NCBI GenBank assembly: GCA_963820855.1
Contig: CAWGBY010000021.1
Span: forward strand, 5,354 to 69,353
DNA: 64,000 bases
Source: an uncultured Acidobacteriota bacterium
GTDB lineage: Bacteria; Acidobacteriota; Vicinamibacteria; Marinacidobacterales; SMYC01
Direction: 5' to 3'
The translations under genes were made by a program, and so were the position numbers. Under the pieces are notes generated by a model. That model had not been told where the DNA came from, made no database searches, and saw only the letters and a program-made list of their open reading frames with translations. This document shows, in pieces, positions 20,583 to 30,313 of this stretch (the stretch's first letter is position 1; every line of letters begins with the position of its first letter).

Positions 20583-23177
20583 CTACCCTTTGCGGAATGT
20601 GAAGCTCCCGCCCGAGTCCACATCGACCAGGACCCGGTCGCCCTCGCGGAATTCACCCTGAAGGAGCCGGAGCGAGAGCTCGTTCGAGATCTTCTGCTGG
20701 ATCAGCCGCTTCAACGGGCGCGCGCCGAAGATCGGATCGTAGCCCTCTTCCGCCAGGCGTTTCTTCGCGGCTCTCGTCGAGCTCGAGAGCGATTTTGCGG
20801 TTCGCGAGGAGCTCCCTGAAGCCGGGCGAGCTGGATGTCCACGATCGCGACGAGGTGCTCTCGGCCCAGGGGGCCGAAGACGATCACTTCGTCGATGCGG
20901 TTCAGAAACTCCGGACGGAGCTGGTCGCGAAGCTCCTCGAGCACCCGGGTGCGGATCGCGTCCTGGCTCGCTGCGCTCCGGGTCATCTCCTGGATGGTAT
21001 GGCTCGCGATGTTCGACGTCATGATGATGACCGTGTTCCGGAAGCTCACCACGCGGCCCTGGCCGCTGGTGAGCCGGCCGTCGTCGAGAATCTGGAGAAG
21101 AACGTTGAAGACGTCGGGGTGGGCTTTCTCGATCTCGTCGAAGAGCACCACGCTGTACGGCTTGCGCCGCACCGTCTCGGTGAGCTGCCCGCCCTCGTCG
21201 TAGCCCACGTAGCCCGGAGGAGCGCCGATGAGCCGCGCGACGCTGTGCTTCTCCATGTACTCCGACATGTCGATGCGGATCATCGACGTCTCGTCGTCGA
21301 ACAGGAACTCCGCGAGCGCCCGGGCGAGCTCGGTCTTGCCGACCCCGGTCGGGCCGAGGAAGAGGAAGGAGCCGAGGGGCCGGTTGGGATCCTGGAGCCC
21401 GGCCCGCGCGCGGCGGATCGCGTTCGACACCGCCCGGACCGCTTCTTCCTGACCGACCACCCTCTTCTGGAGGCGCTCCTCCATCCGCACGAGCTTGTCG
21501 ACCTCGCCCTCCAGGAGCTTCGTCACCGGGACACCGGTCCATTTCGAGACCACGGCGGCGATGTCCTGAGCGTCGACCTCCGTCTTGAGGAGCGTCTTCC
21601 CGCCGGACGAGAGCTCGGCCTCCGCTTTTGCCAGCTCCTCCTCCAGCTTCGGCACCTTCCCGTAGGAAAGCTCCGCCGCCTTGTTGTAGTCGAACTCGCG
21701 CTGGGCTCGCTCGATCTCGACCCGGGTCTGGTCGATCTCCTCCTTGATCCTGCGAATCCTCTGCGCGACCTCCCGCTCGCGCTGGAGCTGGGCTTCGAGG
21801 GCGCTTCGCTGTTCCCTCAGATCCGCGAGCTCCCGCTCGATGCGCGAAAGGCGCTCCTTGCTCGCGGCGTCTCGCTCTTTCTTCAGCGCCTCCCGCTCGA
21901 TCTCGAGCTGCATCGCGCGGCGCTTGAGGTCGTCGAGCTCCTGCGGGTCGGAGGTGATTTCCATCCGGAGGCGCGCCGCGGCCTCGTCCATCAGATCGAT
22001 CGCCTTGTCGGGGAGGAAACGGTCGGAGATGTAGCGATCCGAGAGCACCGCGGCGGACACGATGGCCGCCGTCGGAGATGCGGACGCCGTGGTGGGACTC
22101 GTAGCGCTCTTTCAAGCCGCGGAGGATGGAGATGGTGTCCTCGACCGTGGGCGGCTCGACCACCACCGGCTGGAAGCGCCGCTCGAGCGCGGCGTCTTTC
22201 TCGATGTGCTTCCGGTACTCGTCGAGGGTCGTCGCGCCGATGAGGTGCAGCTCGCCCCGCGCCAGCATCGGCTTGAGCATGTTGGAGGCGTCCATGGAGC
22301 CTTCCGCGGCGCCCGCGCCGACCACGGTATGGAGCTCGTCGATGAAGAGAATGACGTCGTCGCGATCCTGGATCTCCTTGAGCACCGCCTTCAGACGCTC
22401 TTCGAACTCGCCGCGGTACTTGGCGCCGGCCACGAGCGCCCCCATGTCGAGGGTGACCACGCGCTTTTCCTTCAGCGATTCGGGCACGTCCCCGCGGACG
22501 ATGCGCTGGGCGAGGCCCTCCACGATCGCCGTCTTGCCGACGCCGGGCTCGCCGATGAGAACGGGGTTGTTCTTGGTGCGCCGGCTCAGGATCTGGATGA
22601 CGCGGCGAATCTCATCGTCCCGGCCGATGACCGGATCGAGCTTGCCTTTTCGCGCCAGGTCGGTGAGGTCTCTCCCGTATTGCTCGAGCGCGGCATAGGT
22701 CCCTTCGGGGGTCTGGCTTCTGACCCGCTGCGTCCCGCGGACTTCCCGTAAGGCGGCGAGGAGTCCGTCGCGCTCGACTCCGGCGTCCTTCAGAAGGCGC
22801 GCGGCCGGGTTTCCCGCGTGCGCGAGGATCGAAAGAAGGAGGTGCTCGGTCGAAACGTACTCGTCGCCGAAGGTGTCGAGCTCGTCGTGCGCCCGAACCA
22901 GCACTGTTCGCAGCCGAGGAGAGATGCCGGGCCCACCGGTCGCGCCGCTGACGCGCGGGAACTTTCCGATCTCCGTTCGAACCTGCTGGATGAGCGCGCC
23001 GAGCGCGACGTTCATCTTCGAGAGGACCTGCGGAACGACGCCCTCGGCCTGCTCCAGCAGGCTCAGCAGCAGATGCTCCGGCTCGACCTGGCTGTTTCCG
23101 TTCCGCTCGGCCAGGCTCTGGGCGGCTTGGGTCGCCTCCTGAGATTTCTGAGTGAAGCGGTTTATGTCGAACGCCAT
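20583..23177 (-). CDS. clpB: ATP-dependent chaperone/disaggregase ClpB; 2-3 frameshifts (about 22055 and 20770-20800)
   Basis: ATG 23177 gives [18 protein letters not shown]1 GEPGVGKT. Coiled-coil middle domain. NBD2 [11 protein letters not shown] in ORF 20711..22060. The C-terminus returns to the first frame ([12 protein letters not shown]). Total of about 865 codons. Confidence 0.95.
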   Translation of the reverse strand: MAFDINRFTQKSQEATQAAQSLAERNGNSQVEPEHLLLSLLEQAEGVVPQVLSKMNVALGALIQQVRTEIGKFPRVSGATGGPGISPRLRTVLVRAHDELDTFGDEYVSTEHLLLSILAHAGNPAARLLKDAGVERDGLLAALREVRGTQRVRSQTPEGTYAALEQYGRDLTDLARKGKLDPVIGRDDEIRRVIQILSRRTKNNPVLIGEPGVGKTAIVEGLAQRIVRGDVPESLKEKRVVTLDMGALVAGAKYRGEFEERLKAVLKEIQDRDDVILFIDELHTVVGAGAAEGSMDASNMLKPMLARGELHLIGATTLDEYRKHIEKDAALERRFQPVVVEPPTVEDTISILRGLKERYESHHGVRISDGGHRVRRGALGSLHLRPFPPRQGDRSDGRGRGAPPDGNHLRPAGARRPQAPRDAARDRAGGAEERARRREQGAPFAHRAGARGSEGTAKRPRSPAPARAGGRAEDSQDQGGDRPDPGRDRASPARVRLQQGGGAFLREGAEAGGGAGKSGGRALVRREDAPQDGGRRSGHRRRGLEMDRCPGDEAPGGRGRQARADGGAPPEEGGRSGRSGPGGVERDPPRAGRAPGSQPAPRLLPLPRPDRGRQDRARPGARGVPVRRRDVDDPHRHVGVHGEAQRRAAHRRSSGLRGLRRGRAAHRDGAAQAVQRGALRRDRESPPRRLQRSSPDSRRRPAHQRPGPRGELPEHGHHHDVEHREPYHPGDDPERSEPGRDPHPGARGASRPAPSGVSEPHRRSDRLRPPGPRAPRRDRGHPARPASGSSSRTAKSLSSSTRAAKKRLAEEGYDPIFGARPLKRLIQQKISNELSLRLLQGEFREGDRVLVDVDSGGSFTFRKG

Positions 23178-23254
23178 AGGCGACCTCTTTCGTCGCTCCA
23201 TGATAGCGCTCTCCTCCCGGATCGGTTCCCCAGGCGCGATGCTAGAGTGTCGCC

Positions 23255-24956
23255 ATGGTGAAGCGCTACTTCGTCTGCCCTGATTCGTCGCCGCCGCGCG
23301 AGTCCGCGTTTCGCCGATACCTATCCCCGCCAGCCGGGAGTGGACGCGCTTCACTATGCCTTCCGGCTCACCCTGAGCGACGACACCGACGAGATCGAAG
23401 GCGAGTCGGTGCTCGACGTGCGCTTTCTTCGTGAGGACGTTCCATCGATCGCTCTCGATCTGGTGAACGCGCGAGAGGGGAAGGGCATGACGGTCCGCGC
23501 GGTTCTTTGGGATGGCGTCCCTGCGGAATTCGAGCACCGCGACGATCGTTTGACCGTGACTCTGCCCCAAGCGCCTTCTGCCTCCGACCGGAGGCAGCTC
23601 ACCGTTCGGTACCGTGGGACGCCCGCCTCGGGGCTTCGCATCGGGCCGAACCTCCACGGGGATCGCACGTTCTTCAGCGACAACTGGCCGAATCGGGCGC
23701 GTCACTGGCTTCCGACCATCGATCACCCGTACGACCGGGCCACCTGCGAGCTCATCGTGACGGCGCCGTCCCACTATCAGGTGATCTCGAACGGACTTCT
23801 CGTGGAAGAAACGGACTTGCAATCCGGGGCGCGTCGCACCCACTGGAAGCAGTCGGTGCCCATCGCTACCTGGCTCTTCGTGCTCGGCGCGGCGCGCTTC
23901 GCCGTCGATCACTATGACCAGGTCGGAGGGCGATCCCTTCAATCCTGGGTCTATCCCCAGGACCGCGATCGCGGGTTCCGTGACTTCTCCTACCCCACCC
24001 GGCAGGCGCTCGAGTTCTTCAGCGAGAGCGATCGGGCCGTACGCGTACGAGAAGCTCGCGAACGTGCAGTCCGCGAGCATCGGCGGCGGAATGGAGGCGG
24101 CGACGGCGATCTTCTACGGGGAGGAACTGGTGAAGGGGGAGCGCGATTCCCGCCTTCGCGACATCATCATTCACGAGATCGCGCACCAGTGGTGGGGGAA
24201 CTCGGTGACGGAAGCCGACTGGAATGACGTCTGGCTCTCGGAGGGCTTCGCCACGTACTTCACGCTTCTCTTTCGCGAGCACGCGTACGGCCGCGACGAC
24301 TTCGCGCGGGGCCTCGAAGACGCTCGCCGTCAGGTGCTGGAGTTCCACGCGAAAGATCCGGAGTACCGCATCGTCCACGAGAACCTCGACGACATGTCGC
24401 GGGTGACGACGAGCCAGACCTATCAGAAAGGGCGCTTTCGTCCTCCACATGCTTCGCGGCGTCGTGGGCGACGAGGCTTTCTGGCGGGGAATTCGGTCGT
24501 ACTATGAGGAGTTCTCGACGAGGAACGCGACCACCCTCGATTTCCGGCGAGCGATGGAGGAGGCGTCGGGGCAGCGATCTCGCTCGGTTCTTCCGGCAGT
24601 GGCTCGAGCGCGGCGGGACTCCCGCGCGTCGAGGGGACCTGGCGAGTAGCAGGCTCCGCGCTCGAGGTCGATCTCCGTCAGACCCAGGCGGGAGAGCCGT
24701 TCGAGCTCGAGATTCCCGTCGTCATCGAGACTCGAGGGCGGCTCGCTCGCCGCGGGTCGAGAAATTACGGATGACGGAGCGAGAGGCGAAAGCGACCTTC
24801 CCGCTCGAAGGCACAATGCGGGCGGTCGCTCTCGACCCTGAGCTCTGGGTGCTGATGGAGTCGAGCATTCGTTCGAAAGTAGCACATACGCCGTCGCCGC
24901 CCCCTCGAGACGCTCCGCGGCTCTCGCGATGGACAGGCGAACTCAGAGCGTTTTGA
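23255..24956 (+). CDS. M1 family metallopeptidase (aminopeptidase N-like); 4-5 frameshifts
   Basis: [14 protein letters not shown].., [10 protein letters not shown] and WLSEGFATY motifs across ORFs 23340, 23914, 24449 and 24504. N-terminal start is uncertain. Confidence 0.85.
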
Positions 24957-26472
24957 GGAAGGCGATGAGCGCCCGTCGGTCCTCGACCGCGAGGTCGAGC
25001 CCGAACTCGTGCCCCGGGACGGCGCGCGCCTTGCCGTCCGCGCCGTTGAAGCCCGTCGGCACGTAGTCGTCCCTCAGGCGCCGCGGATCGAACCAGTCCT
25101 CGAGCGTGGCTACCGAGCCGTGGTGACCGAATGGACCGCGGTACCACAGGCCCTTGAGCGACGGGACCTTGTAGTAGCCGGTGCCCCTCCGCGACCTCAA
25201 CGTCAGGTCCGGGTCGGTGCCGACCGAGACCGGCATGATGTCGAACTTCGTTGGGTGGGCCGCCGGGACCTGGAAGCCCGCGGCGGGCGTCAGCATGTTG
25301 TTCGTGTAGAGCGGCGGCGCGTGGCACGCGGCGCATCCCTCGCGGTCGAAGACTTCCCGGCCGCGCGCCGCGAGCGCGTCGAACCGGTTCGGGTTCGCCG
25401 GCGGCTCGAGCGAGTAGATGAAGAGCGCGAGCGCGTAGAGCTGTTCGTCGCTGTACCGGTCGCCCTTCTCGGGGTCAGGAAGGTCGCCCACGGGCCGGAA
25501 GCCGTCGTACGTCGAGAGCATGTCGGCGCCCTGGTTGAGCGCGGCGTACCGCATCAGGTCGCCGACCGTGCGGTGCCGGACGAGGCCCGAAGCGTCGAGG
25601 TAGCGGCGGTCCCTGACGCCGATCAGATCGGGGATTCGCGCGGGGTAGTAGGCGCTCGACCCCTGTCGCGCGCACACGCCCGGCGGGATCGCCTCGAGCG
25701 CGGCGAGAATGTCGTCGAGCGACGCTCGCTCGGGGACGGCGTTCGGGTCCGGCCGCAGCCACGGCGCGGCGTAGAACCGCCGCATGGCGCTCCGCATCTC
25801 CTGAAGGACGGCGGCCTCGTCCTTCGCCCGCGCCGCGTCGAGCCGTGTCTCATAGGCGAAGCTGCGGTCGTCGGGGAAGTTCCCCTGCGCGCCTTTGATC
25901 GCCGCACCGTCCGGCATCACGCGCGTGTGGCACATCCCGCAGGCGCTGATCCCGATCTCGACTTTTCCGCGCTCCCGGACGACGTAGCGCATGAACGGGA
26001 AGACGCCCTCCTTCGTCAGCGGAATACGGAGCTTCTCGTACCACTCCCGCGACCGCACGACCGAGTAGAGGGTCCCCTCGGAAACGAACTCGATCGGCGC
26101 GTCGAAGACGACCTCGCCCGCCCGGATCCAGTCCTCCTCGGTCTTGAGGGCTGAGGCGTCGAAGGCGACCTCGGGCTCCTGATTCGCAAGTCCGTCCAGG
26201 TAGCCGGGCGGCTCCCGATCCGGATGATAGATCGGATAGCTCTCGTAGATAGGCCGCACGGGCATGCGGTAGTAGTACTCGGCGGAAACGTGGCGCGGGG
26301 ACGCGGACGCGACGGCGAGCGGGACCTCGAGGTCCCGCATCACCTCGTCTTCCCATGTCCTCGGAACGGACGGCAACCAGGCTTCGGGGCTCTGGGCGGC
26401 GCCGGCGAGGGTCGCCGCCGCCGCGAACGCAATGGCCGCGAGAATGGGCACCGTTCTTTCGCAAGGTCGCAT
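24943..26472 (-). CDS. di-haem cytochrome c peroxidase-family protein, secreted
   Basis: Intact. Starts MRPCERTVPILAAIAFAAAATLAGA (signal). Two CxxCH motifs (ACGMCH, CAACH). Confidence 0.85.
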   Translation of the reverse strand: MRPCERTVPILAAIAFAAAATLAGAAQSPEAWLPSVPRTWEDEVMRDLEVPLAVASASPRHVSAEYYYRMPVRPIYESYPIYHPDREPPGYLDGLANQEPEVAFDASALKTEEDWIRAGEVVFDAPIEFVSEGTLYSVVRSREWYEKLRIPLTKEGVFPFMRYVVRERGKVEIGISACGMCHTRVMPDGAAIKGAQGNFPDDRSFAYETRLDAARAKDEAAVLQEMRSAMRRFYAAPWLRPDPNAVPERASLDDILAALEAIPPGVCARQGSSAYYPARIPDLIGVRDRRYLDASGLVRHRTVGDLMRYAALNQGADMLSTYDGFRPVGDLPDPEKGDRYSDEQLYALALFIYSLEPPANPNRFDALAARGREVFDREGCAACHAPPLYTNNMLTPAAGFQVPAAHPTKFDIMPVSVGTDPDLTLRSRRGTGYYKVPSLKGLWYRGPFGHHGSVATLEDWFDPRRLRDDYVPTGFNGADGKARAVPGHEFGLDLAVEDRRALIAFLKTL

Positions 26473-26555
26473 TCGCGCCCTCCCTTCCGAGCCCGCGACG
26501 CTCGGCGATCCTATATCGAACGGGAAGGGACTGATATTCGGTCCAAAAGGAAAGC

Positions 26556-27006
26556 TCAGCCCGGGCATTCGGGGAAGACCCAGCTTCCCGAGGAGTCTTT
26601 CTCGACCGGGACGTGGGTCGATACGCAGCACGTATAGAGAGGGACGATCAAGTACTTCATCCCCAGGAGCTCGCTCGCCGGGCTCGTGGGACTCAAGACC
26701 GCGCGCTCCATTCGGCGGGTGTCGAGGTTCTTTTGAGCCTCCACCCAGACGTTCTTCGCTTCGTCGCACAGGGCTTTCATGTCTTCCCGGTCGTGCTGCG
26801 TCACGTAGTTGATCACCAGGTCGCGGTTCTCGTTCAGGTGCGTGCTGAGCACGGGAATCTCGAGCCCGGAAGGAAGCCGAAGAACGGGCTCACCCTCGAC
26901 CGGGCTGCACGACCGCTCTCCGCAGGCGCGGAACTCGCGGTATTGCCAAAGAAACCAGCCCGCCGCGGCCACTCCGATCGCAAGAAGCGCGAAGCCGAAG
27001 CTTCAT
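26556..27006 (-). CDS. membrane-anchored Cys-rich hypothetical protein; one frameshift near 26985
   Basis: ATG 27006 overlaps the upstream stop (ATGA). MKLRLRA then LLAIGVAAAGWFLWQYREFRACGERSC... (ORF 26556..26972). Eight Cys including a TCC pair. Confidence 0.5.
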
Positions 27007-28112
27007 CCCACGATCCTTCGATAACTCTCGGGGTCGGTCGCGCCTTCGGTGACCAGGACAAGTACGCGTCGCGTTCCGGTCGAGTCCGATATCGCCCCGG
27101 TCCGGCCGGGCGAGAAGGGCTTCGAGACCGGCGAGGGCCGCGGCTCCGGTCTCGCCCGATACGATCCCGGAGCGAGCGAGCGCGCGCATCGCTTCTTCCG
27201 CGAAGGAGTCGTCGATCGCGACGCACGCGTCGAGCCCCGCGAGGAGTGTGGGAAAAGCAATCGAGGACGGCGTGCCGCAATTGAGGCCGGCCATGATGGA
27301 ATCCTGTGGACCGGGAACGGTCACGAGCTTCCGCGCTTCGATGGACGCGAGAACGCAGGCGGCGCTCTTGGGCTCGACGCCGATGACCGAAGTGCCGCTG
27401 GTCCGCTTGTAGAAATCGACGGCGGCGGCGCCCAGAGCACCCACGCCGATGGGCACGAACGCTGCCGTGGGAGGCGAATCGATCTGCTCCGCGATCTCGC
27501 TGAAAGATCGTTCCGTAGCCCTGGATGACCCAGCGCGGGATTTCCTCGTAGCCCGGCCACGATGTGTCGTCCACGACGAGACACCGTTCGCTCATCTCCT
27601 CCGCGGAGCGGGCAATCGTCGCGTCATAGTCGCCGTCGACGACGGTTACGGTCGCTCCTTCGCTCTCGATCGCGCGGATGCGCGCCTCGGCCGTTCCCCG
27701 CGGAACGAAGATCCGCGCCTCGAAGCCGAGAACGCGCGCGAAATGGGCGACGGCACGGCCGTGGTTCCCATCCGTAGCCGCCGCGAGTGTGAAGGGATGG
27801 AGCACCTCGACCTCCCGCGCGAGGTCCTCGAGAGTCGACCAGCGGTCGAGGGCGAGACCGGACTTGTCGATGAGCGCGCGGTAGATCGCCCAGGACGCGC
27901 CCAGGAGCTTGAACGAAGGCAGACCGAAGCGGCTCGATTCGTTCTTCACCAAAACGCGCGCGACTCCGAGCCTCGAGGCGATAGCGTCGACCGAGACGAG
28001 TGGAGTGGGGGCGTACCTCGGAAGCTTGCGGTGAAACGGAGATCGGAGAAAGCGTATCCGACGCCAGCGGTGGGGGAGCTCCGGTCGAGCGATTGCGGAG
28101 ATACCTCGTCAT
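27003..28112 (-). CDS. dpaL: diaminopropionate ammonia-lyase (YgeX-like, PLP-dependent); about 3 frameshifts
   Basis: FHRKLPRYAPTPLVSVDAIASRLGVARVLVKNESSRFGLPSFKLLGASWA, TDGNHGRAVA (ORF 26834..27952). Then VPIGVGALGAAAV...MAGLNCGTPS (ORF 26890..27456). Tail VLVLVTEGATDPESY. ATG 28112 overlaps the upstream stop (ATGA). Confidence 0.85.
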
Positions 28113-29140
28113 CCGAGTCTCGCGAAGAGTCTCTTCTTCTGCTCGTCCGCGCGCCTCCGGATCTCCACGGGATCGACGCGCGTCGGTCGTCCGTCCTCGA
28201 GAACCGTCTCGCCCGCGACATCGACGCGAAGCGGCCGCACTCCGGGAGTGAACGCGAGATGCCAGGGCTCCATCGGGTCGTAGGACCAGGTGACGCGGTC
28301 CTCGCGCGCTTCGGGGAAGAGATCCCACCCCGCCTCGAGCCACTTCCACGCGGCCTCTGGAGACGCGGCGGAGTCCGCCTCTCGATGGCGCAGATACGCC
28401 ATGCGAAAGATCTCGATCATGTCGGCGCCGATTCCATCCGAGCCGAGCACGATGCGGTTTGGCTTCGACGCGGGGAACGCGTAGCCCACGGAGTTGTTCA
28501 TGTTCGAGAGCGGGTTGTGGGCGATCGTTCCCGGAAGCTCGCCGATCGAGGTGCACCGCGTGGGCGAGGAGCCAGCCGTCGCGCGCGCGGCCCTCGAGGC
28601 GCTTTCCCGATTCGATGTCCTCGGGGCCCTCGGCGACGTGGATGTGGACTCCGGCGTCGAGATCGGAGGCGAGCGACGCAGACCCTGTCGAGGGTATCGT
28701 CGGAAAGCGTGAAACAGGCGTGGGCCCCGACGATATCGCGGCCCTTTCCATCGAAGGTCTTCAGGTGCCGCTCGTTCTCCGCGAGCCCGGCCTTCGCTCC
28801 GTCGAGCCCGTGGCGGTCGGTCACTTCGTAGCAGGTCGCGACTCGCACGCCGACTTCGCGGCAGGCGCTCGGCGATGACCGCGAGCGACCCCTCGATGGC
28901 ATTCGGGGAGGCGTGGTGGTCGATGATGGCCGTGGTGCCGCGTTCGAGGGCCTCGAGGGCGCCGAGCTTGGCCGACCAGCGGATCATCTCGAGGTCGAGG
29001 GCCTGGTCGAGTCGCCACCAGATGAGCTCGAGGATCTCCCGAAAACTATGCGGAGCCCGTGGAGGCGCGGGCATACCCCTCGCCAGTGCGGAATACAGAT
29101 GGTGATGCGCGCAGACGAGACCGGGGGTGGTCGCTGACAT
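28109..29140 (-). CDS. SsnA-like/chlorohydrolase-type aminohydrolase lacking the usual N-terminal beta-sandwich segment; about 3 frameshifts
   Basis: MSATTPGLVCAHHHLYSALARGMP (HxH metal motif). Middle pieces in ORFs 28498..28902 and 27624..28751 (VGAHACFT, GVHIHVAEG). C-terminus NPLSNMNNSVGY, LGSDGIG. Confidence 0.8.
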   Translation of the reverse strand: MSATTPGLVCAHHHLYSALARGMPAPPRAPHSFREILELIWWRLDQALDLEMIRWSAKLGALEALERGTTAIIDHHASPNAIEGSLAVIAERLPRSRRASRDLLRSDRPPRARRSEGRARGERAAPEDLRWKGPRYRRGPRLFHAFRRYPRQGLRRSPPISTPESTSTSPRAPRTSNRESASRAARATAGSSPTRCTSIGELPGTIAHNPLSNMNNSVGYAFPASKPNRIVLGSDGIGADMIEIFRMAYLRHREADSAASPEAAWKWLEAGWDLFPEAREDRVTWSYDPMEPWHLAFTPGVRPLRVDVAGETVLEDGRPTRVDPVEIRRRADEQKKRLFARLG

Positions 29141-29149
29141 CGAACCCTC

Positions 29150-29165
29150 TAATGATAATGATAGT
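29150..29165. promoter_or_regulatory. AT-rich hexamer repeat (Fur-box-like) directly upstream of the SsnA-like gene RBS
   Basis: TAATGATAATGATAGT in a GC-rich context. 13 of 17 positions match the TAATGATAATCATTATC part of the classical Fur box by eye. Confidence 0.25.
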
Positions 29166-29344
29166 GGAGAACGTCGGCGGGGCTTACAATTTCGAGGAAT
29201 CTTTCCAACTCCTTTCGTCTATGTCATTTGGCTCCCGGCGACCCGGATTCCTGTGTCGAGCGTTCTGACACCCGCGACGATTCGGGCGTTTCCCTGGATT
29301 CGACAAACAGCCTGTCCACATACCTTTAGTGCGAGGTGCCAGAA

Positions 29345-29360
29345 TGGCCCGGCCTTTGCA
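29345..29360 (+). promoter_or_regulatory. candidate sigma54 (-24/-12) promoter
   Basis: TGGCCC-GGCCT-TTGCA matches TGGCAC-N5-TTGCW with exact GG/GC spacing. Lies about 60 nt upstream of ATG 29421. Confidence 0.45.
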
Positions 29361-29420
29361 ATCCCGTTGAGCTCACGTCGTCTGCGAGATTGGGAATGGC
29401 GCACCTCGTTCAGGACCGTG

Positions 29421-30313
29421 ATGAGATCGGGAAACCTCGCGCGGAGGACCGTCGTCCTCGTGGAGGCGCCGAGCTCTCCGTCCCTTCGAATCCGGCAGAT
29501 TGCCACGGAAGGCGGCTTCCGCGTCGTCTCCGCGATCTCAGGGCCGATGCTGCAGTCTTACGCCCGAAGGAACGCGCCGGACCTGATCCTCCTGGCTCCC
29601 GAGACCGGACCACCCGGACCGGCGGAGATCGCCCGCTCCATCAAGGAAGACCCGGAGACGCGCGAGATACCCGTGTTTCAGCTGATGCGCTCGAGCCGGT
29701 TCGGCGTGGAAAACGCCCGCCACACGTACCCGACCGAGGCGCTCCTCTCGGACGACGCTCCGGCCGATGAAATTCTGCGCACCATGCGGATGCTCACGAC
29801 CCGAGCGCCGCGAATTCGCTACGAAAAGAAGACGGCGTCCCAGCTCGAAGGAGACCTCGAGAGCGACACCTTTCCCGAGGTGCTGCAGTTTCTCTTCGCG
29901 ACCGCGAAGACCGGCCGCATCACGCTCCACGCCGGATCGCGAGAAGGGATGATTTGCCTCGAGTCGGGCCGCGTGGTGCACGCGGAGCTCGGCGAGCTGG
30001 AAGGCCTCGCCGCCTTCCGGCGCATGTGCTTCTCCCAGCAAGGCTGGTTTCGATTCGACCCGGGGACGCCCGGCCCCCGCCGCACGATGCGAGCCGACGG
30101 GATCGCGCTCCTCCTGGAATCCGCGCGGCAGAAAGACCTCGGGGATCGCGACAAGACTCCCTTCCCCGTGAAGAAACCCAGGACTTCCTCGACCGAGCTC
30201 TTCATCGTCGCGCGAGAGCGACGGCTGACTCGCGAGCCTCTCAGCTCGGCCCCGCCGGCATCGCAATTCTGGTCGGACTCCTCCTGCTCGTCGCCTACGG
30301 GCTCCTGCCCTAG
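29421..30313 (+). CDS. receiver-like domain + DUF4388/PATAN domain protein with C-terminal TM helix; one frameshift near 30240
   Basis: RRTVVLVEAP...PDLILLAPE (receiver fold, Ala where the phospho-acceptor Asp is expected). LEGDLESDTFPEVLQFLFATAKTGRITL..GMICLESGRVVHAELG..GLAAFRRM (DUF4388). Tail GIAILVGLLLLVAYGLLP from ORF 29954..30313. Confidence 0.7.

Noticed and set aside
23178-23254. Heat-shock (sigma32 or CIRCE) control element upstream of clpB
   Set aside because: No CTTGAAA/CCCCAT-like pair and no TTAGCACTC-N9-GAGTGCTAA inverted repeat in the 77-bp divergent spacer.
20583-24080. 1165-aa ORF suggesting a giant protein extending upstream of clpB
   Set aside because: Only residues from MAFDINRF (ATG 23177) onward look like protein. 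The upstream 300 codons are antisense to the M1 peptidase gene, and the C-terminal third is Arg/Pro-rich out-of-frame clpB. This is an artefact of the scarcity of stops in GC-rich DNA combined with frameshifts.
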